The notes beneath the pieces were generated by a model. The model did no database searches. It was given only the letters and a program-made list of their open reading frames with translations, and was not told where the DNA came from. From positions 1,438 to 65,437 of the forward strand of contig JAJZZD010000005.1 in NCBI GenBank assembly GCA_021797745.1: a stretch of DNA of 64,000 bases, read 5' to 3'. Shown one piece after another: positions 38,005-45,855 of this stretch (position 1 is its first letter; the number at the start of each line of letters is the position of its first letter). The stretch is from Candidatus Micrarchaeota archaeon. GTDB lineage: Archaea; Micrarchaeota; Micrarchaeia; Micrarchaeales; CABMGC01. A program made the translations under genes and the position numbers.

Positions 38005-38724
38005 ATGGGAAAACGACTTAAACAGCAAAGACGCGGCAAAGGCAGCAATGCATACACTAAGCCGCCGCTAGCAGGCAAGGCGGACGTAATGTTCCCGAAC
38101 AGGGTTCAGCAGGGCGCTTTGCAGGGCGAAGTCATAGATTTTGTCGATAGCCCGATGCACTCATCGCTTCTGATGAAGGTAAGGTTCGAGGACATGAGCG
38201 AGCATGTTCTTATCGCTCCAGAAGGCATACAGATAGGCGGCAAAATACACGAAGGCAATTCCGCGCCAGTGGCAATAGGAAACATACTCCCGCTTTCGAA
38301 CATACCTGATGGCATGCTTATTTACAACGTCGAGCTCAATCCTGAGGACGGCGGAAAATTCGCACGCGCGGCAGGAAGCTACGCTACAGTTGTATCGCAT
38401 CTAGACACAGGAGTTTCAGTGCTTTTGCCGTCGAAAACTACAGTAGAGCTGAGCAACGACTGCAAGGCGCAGATCGGAGTCGCCGCAGGCGGCGGAGCGG
38501 GTGTCGCGCCGATACTTAGGGCTGGCAAAAGCCACTACATGCACCACGCAGTTAATGCGCTCTGGCCCAGGTACAGGGGCGTAAAAGGAAATCCGGTAGA
38601 CCATCCATTCGGAGGAAAGCAGCACCACAAGGGAGCGAGCTCCATGACGTCATGGAATGCGCCGCCAGGGGCAAAGGTAGGCCACATAGGCGCAAGCCGC
38701 GTGGGAAGGAAGAAAAGAGGTTAA
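38005..38724 (+). CDS. rpl2: Ribosomal protein uL2
   Basis: GKRLKQQRRGKGS...NPVDHPFGGK..H.G. Confidence 0.95.
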   Translation: MGKRLKQQRRGKGSNAYTKPPLAGKADVMFPNRVQQGALQGEVIDFVDSPMHSSLLMKVRFEDMSEHVLIAPEGIQIGGKIHEGNSAPVAIGNILPLSNIPDGMLIYNVELNPEDGGKFARAAGSYATVVSHLDTGVSVLLPSKTTVELSNDCKAQIGVAAGGGAGVAPILRAGKSHYMHHAVNALWPRYRGVKGNPVDHPFGGKQHHKGASSMTSWNAPPGAKVGHIGASRVGRKKRG

Positions 38725-38737
38725 AGGTTGATGATTT

Positions 38738-39130
38738 ATGCCAAGAATATACACTTACCGGGGCAAGACTGCTGAAGAGCTGGCAGCCCTCAGCACGCAG
38801 GAATTTTCAAAGATAGTAAATTCGCGGCAGAGGCGTGCCATCAAGAGGATTGGACTGCTTTACAAGAAGCTTGCTGCCGAGGTCGAAAAGTCGAAGAAGT
38901 CAAATCCTAAAAAGGTAATCAAGACGCACGTAAGAGAGGCTGTGATACTGCCTTCGTGGCTGAACCTGAAATTTGGAGTGTATGATGGGAAAACCTTCCA
39001 GGAGATAGTCATAACTCCTGAAATGCTCGGCCATAGGCTCGGAGAGTTCGTTTATACTACACACAGAGTCATGCATTCAGCGCCTGGCATAAGGGCAACG
39101 CGCGGAAGCAAGTTCCTTGCGGTGAAATAA
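38738..39130 (+). CDS. rps19: Ribosomal protein uS19
   Basis: FGVYDGKTFQEIVITPEMLGHRLGEF..T. Its stop overlaps the rpl22 ATG by 1 nt. Confidence 0.93.
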   Translation: MPRIYTYRGKTAEELAALSTQEFSKIVNSRQRRAIKRIGLLYKKLAAEVEKSKKSNPKKVIKTHVREAVILPSWLNLKFGVYDGKTFQEIVITPEMLGHRLGEFVYTTHRVMHSAPGIRATRGSKFLAVK

Positions 39131-39930
39131 TGAGTCATAGATATTCTTTCGACACAAAAAGTGAAGGCATAGCGTTCGCGCAGGCTTACGACGTCAATGC
39201 TAGCTACAAAGACATGTGCGCAGTGTGCGATTCGATACGCTACCTAAAGATCGACAGGGCGCTAGGCGTTCTCGACGGAATAATAAGCAAGAAAAGGCCG
39301 ATTCTGTTCAAAAAATTCAATAAGCACATGGGCGCAAGGCATGAACTCGGAGGAAGGAAAGGCGCATATCCGATCAGGGCAGCCCAGGAAGTAAGAAAAG
39401 TGCTGATAAATGCACGGTCGAACGCCGAAAACAAGGGCTTCGACGCAGATAACATATTCATAGCGTACGCAAGCGCAAACAAAACGCACATAGAAAGGAG
39501 GGGCCCATCAAAAGGAGGCGCATCATGGGGAAGAGGAATGTATGGATTCAGCGCAGCCGTGCACAGCGACATAGAGTACGCCAAGGTGGAGATAGGCGTT
39601 TCTGAATTCGAAAATGAATCGCTTCCGAGAAATGCAAGATATTTGATGAAGGCGAAGAATCCTTCCGAAACAGCAGGCTCAAAAACAAAAGTAAAAACAT
39701 CCAGACCCAAGCCTAGCGCCAAGCCGCAGCCTAAGGCCGAAAACAAGCAGCAAGGTGCTTTGCAGGAAAGCAAAGAAGGTAAGGGCGGCAAGGAGAACAA
39801 AACCGTCAAAACTGATGTCAGCAAGAAAACAGTGCCAGAGGAAAAGAAGGAGTTCAAAGCAGAGCAGGATGCAAGGAACAAGGTCGAGAAGGAAAAAGGA
39901 CAAATAGCTATGCCTGCAGATAAAAAGTGA
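39130..39930 (+). CDS. rpl22: Ribosomal protein uL22 with a roughly 100-aa K/E/P-rich C-terminal extension
   Basis: The core (AQAYDVNASYKDMCAVCDSIRYLKIDRALGVLDGII..., about 160 aa) is followed by NPSETAGSKTKVKTSRPKPSAKPQPKAENKQQ...KKEFKAEQDARNKVEKEKG. Confidence 0.9.
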   Translation: MSHRYSFDTKSEGIAFAQAYDVNASYKDMCAVCDSIRYLKIDRALGVLDGIISKKRPILFKKFNKHMGARHELGGRKGAYPIRAAQEVRKVLINARSNAENKGFDADNIFIAYASANKTHIERRGPSKGGASWGRGMYGFSAAVHSDIEYAKVEIGVSEFENESLPRNARYLMKAKNPSETAGSKTKVKTSRPKPSAKPQPKAENKQQGALQESKEGKGGKENKTVKTDVSKKTVPEEKKEFKAEQDARNKVEKEKGQIAMPADKK

Positions 39931-39934
39931 TTTA

Positions 39935-40564
39935 TTGGTAGTAGAAAGGAAATTCATATCTGATTCGATTGTAAAAGATGAGATAACAAAATATCTCGCC
40001 CAAAAGCTCAGCCGTGCAGGTTTTTCCAGAATAGACATACAGAAGACTCCGATGCTTACTAGGATAACAGTTCACGTGACAAACCCGGGAAAGGTAATAG
40101 GAAGAGGCGGCGAAACGATAAAGCAGCTCACAACTTCGCTGAAGGAGAAATTCGACGTGGAAGAGCCGCAAATCAATGTTGCAGAGGTGCAAAATCCGAT
40201 GCTCGAGCCCAGGCTTGTGGCCAAGTACATCGCCAACGCTCTGGAAAGGGGCGCTAGGGCGAGGAGCCTTTTGCACGGTGTTCTAAAAGAGATCGTAGAC
40301 AACGGTGCCATGGGGGTCGAGATAATTGCAACTGGCAAGCTCGCGGCAAAGAGCGCACAGGCAAGGAGCATGAAGCTCATGTACGGCTACATACCGAAGG
40401 CCGGATATGTGGTCAAGCTCGCAAACGAGGCCCACGTGGCGTCGTATCCTAAGTACGGAGCAATCGGAATAACTGTCAGGATAGTACAGCCAGGCACGAT
40501 ATTCCCAGGAAGGGAGATAAAGAAAGCGGTTGCGCTGCCGAAGAGCATAGAAGGCGCGTCGTGA
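39935..40564 (+). CDS. rps3: Ribosomal protein uS3
   Basis: VVERKFISDSIVKDEITKYLAQKLSRAGFSRIDIQKTPMLTRITVHVTNPGKVIGRGG (KH domain). TTG start fixed by N-terminal homology. Confidence 0.93.
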   Translation: MVVERKFISDSIVKDEITKYLAQKLSRAGFSRIDIQKTPMLTRITVHVTNPGKVIGRGGETIKQLTTSLKEKFDVEEPQINVAEVQNPMLEPRLVAKYIANALERGARARSLLHGVLKEIVDNGAMGVEIIATGKLAAKSAQARSMKLMYGYIPKAGYVVKLANEAHVASYPKYGAIGITVRIVQPGTIFPGREIKKAVALPKSIEGAS

Positions 40565-40687
40565 AACTCAAATGCCTGCTACGCCTGAATCGGTTAATGG
40601 CATATTGCAACATATCTGTATATCAAAATATACAAGTTAACAGCCATCTGATAATATTAAATATCTGAACAAACAAAGTGACATCGA

Positions 40688-40885
40688 ATGCACATGCGTG
40701 ATTTGAAATCGCTAGACGCTAACGCGCTCAATGCAAAGCTTGGACAGCTAAGGCTTGAGCTGGCGATAGAAAAAAGGAAAATAAGCTCTACTGGGGTTCA
40801 GAGCAAGAAGGGCAAAGTCCGCGAAATGCGCAGAACTATAGCGCAAATACTTACTATTCTTAAAGAGAGAGGAGTGACCGTCTAA
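40688..40885 (+). CDS. rpl29: Ribosomal protein uL29
   Basis: MRDLKSLDANALNAKLGQLRLELAIEKRKISSTGVQSKKGKVREMRRTIAQILT. Confidence 0.9.
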   Translation: MHMRDLKSLDANALNAKLGQLRLELAIEKRKISSTGVQSKKGKVREMRRTIAQILTILKERGVTV

Positions 40886-41190
40886 TGGCTGAAATGTGCC
40901 CAAAATGCGGCCTACCAAAAGAGATCTGCGTATGCGACATACTGGACAGGGAAGTTGCGCGCAGAATCAAAGTTTATTCTGCCAAGGCAAAATTCAGAAA
41001 GTATGTGACCATAGTAGAAGGACTCGCAGGCGATGAGCTCGAGAAGACGGCAAAAGAGCTGAAGAACAAGCTTGCCTGCGGCGGCACGTTCAAGAACGGC
41101 GTGATTGAATTGCAGGGAGATCACAAGCAGGAAGTTAAGAAGCTGCTTTCGCAGCTAGGCTATCCGGAAAGCAGTGTCGACGTCCTGTAG
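40885..41190 (+). CDS. sui1: Translation initiation factor aSUI1 (eIF1 homolog)
   Basis: N-terminal zinc knuckle CPKCGLPKEICVCD followed by the SUI1 fold (IKVYSAKAKFRKYVTIVEGL...LKNKLACGGT). The ATG overlaps the rpl29 stop. Confidence 0.9.
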   Translation: MAEMCPKCGLPKEICVCDILDREVARRIKVYSAKAKFRKYVTIVEGLAGDELEKTAKELKNKLACGGTFKNGVIELQGDHKQEVKKLLSQLGYPESSVDVL

Positions 41191-41204
41191 CGTTTCATAA
41201 TACA

Positions 41205-41229
41205 CTGCCGCACGCGCCATACGCGGCAG
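41205..41229 (+). terminator. Hairpin CTGCCGC-(11 nt)-GCGGCAG after sui1
   Basis: Perfect 7-bp GC-rich stem, 15 nt after the TAG at 41188-41190. Confidence 0.35.
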
Positions 41230-41296
41230 CCAATATGCTTATGTCAAACCTATGCATATATGCGTAAATAATTTCCCAGCCTTTTTTTTACTGTAA

Positions 41297-41545
41297 ATGC
41301 AAATGATGAATGCTATGGATTGGATGATAGATGTAGCAGAGACAGTACTGCACGATTTCAAGAAAGCATGGGGCAAAAGGAAAACAGAAGTGGGCAAGAT
41401 GCCTGACGATGTCTCTGAGCGCGTAATGGCCATGGATAAACAGATTGAAACTGTAGAAAAAGAAATGGAGAAACTGAAAAAGCAGGACATAGCCTTGGAC
41501 AGATGGTACGACGATTTCATGCGCACCAACCACAAAGGAAAATAG
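41297..41545 (+). CDS. Small coiled-coil protein, unknown function
   Basis: 82 aa, charged and helical (MDKQIETVEKEMEKLKKQDIALDRW). A hairpin plus T-tract follows. Confidence 0.4.
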   Translation: MQMMNAMDWMIDVAETVLHDFKKAWGKRKTEVGKMPDDVSERVMAMDKQIETVEKEMEKLKKQDIALDRWYDDFMRTNHKGK

Positions 41546-41570
41546 TCACGCCCGCACACCCGGCCGAAGG

Positions 41571-41591
41571 CGGCAGCCACTGCCGTTTATT
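41571..41591 (+). terminator. Hairpin CGGCAG-CCA-CTGCCG followed by TTTATT
   Basis: 6-bp stem and 3-nt loop read directly, with a T-rich tail. About 25 nt after the stop at 41543-41545. Confidence 0.4.
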
Positions 41592-41656
41592 CCACTGCAT
41601 GAATGCGCAGTCGTCAGCTCCGAAATGCAAATAAATTGCAATGCTGAAATGGTTTT

Positions 41657-43063
41657 ATGTTTGACCAATTTATTCTGCCTGTACTGGCGCTGTTGCCTTT
41701 CCTTTTCGTTGTTCCAGTCCTGCTGCTTAATGACAAGCACTCTTTCAAGATATCAGTGCTGGCTTCAGCAATTTCGCTAATTCTATCTATTTGCGCCGTA
41801 TATGTGGGAAATGCAGCCGGAATGTCACAGCTCCAATTTTCCTACAGCTACATAAACGCGCTGGGCACAGGCCTGAGCTTCCAGATGAATGACCTCACGC
41901 AGATGCTTGTGCTTATGACTTCTGTAGTGTTTCTTGCCGCGGCCATATCATCAAGCAGCTTCATAAAGGAAAGCAAAAAACTGTACAACTCCCTGTTCCT
42001 TCTCGCGCTAGGCTCATCGCTCGGTCTTTTCCTTTCGGGCAGCATGCTTTTCTTCTACGTGTTCTGGGAAATCGGGGAAGTGGCAATGTTCTTCATAATA
42101 TACGTTTTTGGCGGATACGACAGAAAATATGCTGCGGTAAAATTCCTTGTTTATTCCATAGCAGCAAGCCTCATGCTACTTATTGGAATAATCTTGCTTT
42201 ACACAAGCGTGCCTGTGCCTACGTTCGCGCTCAGCCAGATAGCTGCCTCAGCCGCATCGATTCCGCACAGCACGCAGCTGCTTGTTTTCGTGTTGCTGGC
42301 TCTCGCGTTCATGATAAAAATACCAGTGTTTCCTTTCCATGGCTGGCTTCCTGACGCTCATACTGAGGCCCCGACTCCTGGAAGCATGATACTTGCAGGA
42401 ACACTGCTCAAATATGGAGGCTACGGCCTGTTTCTCCTGTTTCTCATAGACCCTGTCGCGCAGCATTACGCCATGTACCTTGCGGTACTGTTCGGCTTCT
42501 CTGCAGTTTACGCCGCATTTGTGGCGATAATGCAGAATCACCTTAAGCGCGCAATAGCATACATAAGCATAATCGACATGGGAATAGTTGCAATAGGACT
42601 TGCCGCGTTGAACGTATACGGAAACACCGGCGCGTTTTACGGCATGTTGAGCCATGGATTCATCATCTCGCTTCTGTTCCTTCTTGCCGGAGCAATAGAT
42701 GAGTCGTTCGGGACGCTGCTGATAAACAGGATAAGAGGCGTTGCTAAAAGCGTAGGATATGTCGCATACATATTTCTTTTCGCTGTTTTTGCGCTTATAG
42801 GATTGCCGCTCACAACTGCTTTCGTAGCTGATATTTTTATCTTTTCAGGTGCGTTTACGGCATTCGGCATAGCCGGGCTTGCACCGCTAGGCGCAATACT
42901 CATATTAGCCGCATACTTGTTTTGGATCCTCGAGAGGATGTTCTTCAACACAGAAAAGCACACCGAACCTTATGCAAGCCCTGGAGCAGGGATAAAATAT
43001 TCTGCCGCGCTGCTCGTCCTGTTTATTTTATCGCTCGGCATTTTCCCATTTGTGCTGATCTGA
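41657..43063 (+). CDS. nuoM: Complex-I-like NADH:quinone oxidoreductase antiporter-type subunit M (ND4)
   Basis: FHGWLPDAHTEAPTPGSMILAGTLLKYGGYG is the NuoM/ND4 signature. 468 aa, about 14 TM. It is separated from the rest of the nuo genes. Confidence 0.85.
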   Translation: MFDQFILPVLALLPFLFVVPVLLLNDKHSFKISVLASAISLILSICAVYVGNAAGMSQLQFSYSYINALGTGLSFQMNDLTQMLVLMTSVVFLAAAISSSSFIKESKKLYNSLFLLALGSSLGLFLSGSMLFFYVFWEIGEVAMFFIIYVFGGYDRKYAAVKFLVYSIAASLMLLIGIILLYTSVPVPTFALSQIAASAASIPHSTQLLVFVLLALAFMIKIPVFPFHGWLPDAHTEAPTPGSMILAGTLLKYGGYGLFLLFLIDPVAQHYAMYLAVLFGFSAVYAAFVAIMQNHLKRAIAYISIIDMGIVAIGLAALNVYGNTGAFYGMLSHGFIISLLFLLAGAIDESFGTLLINRIRGVAKSVGYVAYIFLFAVFALIGLPLTTAFVADIFIFSGAFTAFGIAGLAPLGAILILAAYLFWILERMFFNTEKHTEPYASPGAGIKYSAALLVLFILSLGIFPFVLI

Positions 43064-43109
43064 GCTGTCATAATGACATGAGCACATCTAAATAAGCATA
43101 TCTGAATAT

Positions 43110-43625
43110 TTATTTTATAATTTCCTGCTCCTCTTCCGCATAGCCTGTGTCTATGATCTCCTTGAAAAGTCCTATGAGATAACTCGCATTTTTAATTATG
43201 TCCGTTTGCGTAAGAATTCCAGTAAGCTTCCCGTCGCCGTTTACAACTACTAGCCTGTTTATTTTGTTGTTTATCATTTTCTTAACCGAGTCCTCGAGCG
43301 ATTCGCGTTCGTTGGCTGTTATTACCGGGCTGCTCATCACATGCTTTGCCTTTGTGAAAAGCAAGCTCTTTCTTCTTGAAAGCAGCCTCCTGACTATGTC
43401 TCCTTCAGTCACTATGCCTACTGGCCTGCCTTCCCTGTCATTTATCAGCACCGTGTCTATGTCGTACTTTTTCATCAGCTGCGCTACCTTTCTCACATCT
43501 GAATTTTCATCAGTTGCCACCACCGGATAGCTCATTGCCTCCCTTACGAATATGTCTGTTTTATCTGCATAACCAGAGATTCTCCTGTTTCCCTCCACGA
43601 AATCACCGATTAAATAATCATTCAA
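43110..43625 (-). CDS. CBS-domain pair protein
   Basis: Two CBS repeats (VREAMSYPVVATDENSDVRKVAQLM...GIVTEGDIV and AKHVMSSPVITANERESLEDSVKKM...GILTQTDII). TTG start. Confidence 0.8.
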   Translation of the reverse strand: MNDYLIGDFVEGNRRISGYADKTDIFVREAMSYPVVATDENSDVRKVAQLMKKYDIDTVLINDREGRPVGIVTEGDIVRRLLSRRKSLLFTKAKHVMSSPVITANERESLEDSVKKMINNKINRLVVVNGDGKLTGILTQTDIIKNASYLIGLFKEIIDTGYAEEEQEIIK

Positions 43626-43688
43626 AAGTATTTAAATGAGGCTTTGAACTTCTTTTACATTCCTCTATTTGCCGCGAAAGCAGCAGCC

Positions 43689-44438
43689 TCATTCCAGCTC
43701 AAGCACTATCGGCGCATGGTCTGACCCCGTTACATTTTCCAATATCTTTGAATCGGTTACGTTCTTCGCGAGCCTTTCGGAAATTACCGCATAATCTATG
43801 CGCCAGCCTATGTTTCTTTGTCTTGCAAGGCTCCTATAAGTCCACCACGTATAATTTCCGCCGCCTTTTTTGAACATTCTGAATGTATCAACATATCCTC
43901 CTTTCAGGAATTCGGTCATCCACTTTCTTTCCTTCTCTGTGAACCCCGCATTTCCTTCGTTTTCCTTGGGCCTTGCTATGTCTATTTCTTCGTGCGCAAC
44001 GTTGAAGTCGCCACAGATTACGACAGGCTTTACTTTCTCCAATTCATGTATGAATTCTGCGAATGCACTGTTGTACTGAAGCTTGAAATCCAGCCGCGAC
44101 AATTCCCTGCGCGAATTGGGAAAATAGGTATTTATTACAAAAAAATCTTCGAGCTCCAACGTCATTGTCCTAGCTTCTGAATCAAATTCTTCTTTGCCGA
44201 TTCCGTAGCTTATAGAAAGCGGCCTTATCTTAGTTAAAGCCAGAAGTCCGCTGTAGCCTCTTTTTGCAGCAGGATACAGGAAGCTAAGGTAACCATTGCC
44301 GGCCAGTTCTTTAGGAAGTACGTCCGCTTTTACCTCCTGAAATAATAGCACATCATATTTCTGTGAATTGACAAGCCCGGCCAAGCCCTTTTTTACCGCG
44401 CTTCGTATGCCGTTAACATTCCAAGAAAGAATTTTCAA
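43689..44438 (-). CDS. xthA: Exodeoxyribonuclease III / AP endonuclease
   Basis: MKILSWNVNGIRS...LLFQEVK...GDFNVAH...SDHAPIVLEL. The TTG start overlaps the upstream stop (TTGA). Confidence 0.92.
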   Translation of the reverse strand: MKILSWNVNGIRSAVKKGLAGLVNSQKYDVLLFQEVKADVLPKELAGNGYLSFLYPAAKRGYSGLLALTKIRPLSISYGIGKEEFDSEARTMTLELEDFFVINTYFPNSRRELSRLDFKLQYNSAFAEFIHELEKVKPVVICGDFNVAHEEIDIARPKENEGNAGFTEKERKWMTEFLKGGYVDTFRMFKKGGGNYTWWTYRSLARQRNIGWRIDYAVISERLAKNVTDSKILENVTGSDHAPIVLELE

Positions 44439-44740
44439 CCACGCACCTGCTGTTTTCTTGCTATCGTTACCCTTCCTCTCCTTAACTCCTCGCCGAGCCG
44501 TTTAAGAGTGGCCATATCGGACAGGCCGCCCAGGGAAAAGAAACTAGTTCTCTGCCTGCCGAAAACCCTTAATGCGTGCCTAATGTCTTTTTTTAAGTCA
44601 CCAGTAACTTTGTCTATTGTAATTCTCAGCTCACCGTCTTCCTTGCCCGCAGTATATTCCCATCCGCTTCCAGTGTCTACGACTACTATTTTTTCAGCAG
44701 CGTCAGTTTTTCCTGATCTCACAACATTAGTTATTCTCAA
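44435..44740 (-). CDS. Hypothetical small protein, translationally coupled to xth
   Basis: 101 aa with a TTG start. No family recognised. Confidence 0.45.
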   Translation of the reverse strand: MRITNVVRSGKTDAAEKIVVVDTGSGWEYTAGKEDGELRITIDKVTGDLKKDIRHALRVFGRQRTSFFSLGGLSDMATLKRLGEELRRGRVTIARKQQVRG

Positions 44741-44842
44741 AACATCACAAATTAATCGCGCAGTTCTTGCTTATTAGATTTTCCAAGAAAACAGAGCCGA
44801 ACATTTCCTAAGCTATTGCGCAATCTGAACGAATGCCTGCAT

Positions 44843-44876
44843 AAAAAGAAAACTGCCGCAGCGTTGTGCTGCGGCA
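44843..44876 (-). terminator. Intrinsic-terminator-like hairpin plus T-tract at the end of the minus-strand ppdK gene string
   Basis: On the minus strand the sequence is TGCCGCAGC-ACAAC-GCTGCGGCA, a perfect 9-bp stem, followed directly by TTTTCTTTTT. It lies 18 nt downstream of the stop at 44894. Confidence 0.55.
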
Positions 44877-44893
44877 AACGCACCTTTCTTCTA

Positions 44894-45067
44894 TTACTTG
44901 GACCCTCTTTCTTCCAGTGCCATCCAAACCAGGTCAGCAATAAGTATTATTGCACCTAGATATATCGGCAGGGGAAAGAATGCATACCCCGGGTATACAA
45001 GATAGATCCAGTACAGGTCAGCCAACAGGATTATTACTCCCATTAGCATTCCGAATCCAAATTTCAT
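44894..45067 (-). CDS. Small two-TM membrane protein
   Basis: 57 aa from the ATG at 45067 (MKFGFGMLMGVIILLADLYWIYLVY...LGAIILIADLVWMAL). The track's longer 90-aa version has an implausible N-terminus. Confidence 0.4.
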   Translation of the reverse strand: MKFGFGMLMGVIILLADLYWIYLVYPGYAFFPLPIYLGAIILIADLVWMALEERGSK

Positions 45068-45176
45068 TTCATTACCTGAAATACATACACGACAAACTTT
45101 AAATACTCTAATGCCACGCCTATCGTCAATAGGCATGCTCGCATGCCAATAACGACAGTGGCGCAATCCCAGATAT

Positions 45177-45773
45177 TTATTTCTGCAGCTCTGCCAGCAT
45201 GTTCTTTATAGCTTGCATTATTCGATTTATGGCTTCATCAGCAATTTTTCTATTATCCTGAGTCTCAGCCGGATTTTTTGCGTGAAGTGCGTCTTCTCCG
45301 ATCCATCTTTTTCCTCCCCCTGCAGCAACCATCTTTTCCAGTTTGCTGCTGCTTATCCTCATGGTGCTGCCCTCAAAATCAAAGAAATAATCGTCGTCGG
45401 TATCTACGCCATAAAGTTTCAGTATCTGTTCTGACTCGGACATGACCAGATAGCCCAATGATCCATACTGTGTTTTGAGTAATTCGCCGAAATCAGCAAG
45501 CAGTTTATTGAGAATTTCTTCCTTTTTGGCAACAGCCTGTTCCGGGCTCAATGTTTGTAGGTCCTTCATTTCTGGATTCTCAATTTCCTCAATATCTAAT
45601 TCAACTGACTGCACTCCGGTGAGTATTTCCAACTTTTCCTCCAGCGCTTTTATGTGGTTGATTAGCGGCTCGTTTTCTATGTTCTTGTATATTCGTTCGA
45701 TTTTTCCTGAGGCAGAATTGACTACTGTGGCTGCAGGCTTGCCTGTAAACTGTATTTCTTCGTTTGGATACAT
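45177..45773 (-). CDS. Acidic hypothetical protein
   Basis: 198 aa, downstream of ppdK on the same strand. The C-terminal half (GSLGYLVMSESEQILKLYGVD) faintly resembles a roadblock/LC7 fold, which is not sufficient for a call. Confidence 0.5.
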   Translation of the reverse strand: MYPNEEIQFTGKPAATVVNSASGKIERIYKNIENEPLINHIKALEEKLEILTGVQSVELDIEEIENPEMKDLQTLSPEQAVAKKEEILNKLLADFGELLKTQYGSLGYLVMSESEQILKLYGVDTDDDYFFDFEGSTMRISSSKLEKMVAAGGGKRWIGEDALHAKNPAETQDNRKIADEAINRIMQAIKNMLAELQK

Positions 45774-45855
45774 AAAATCAGCAAAATCGCATTTTGCACA
45801 ATCTGATTAATTTAGTCGATAGATATTTTATGTCGTGTGACAATAAGCTGCTACC

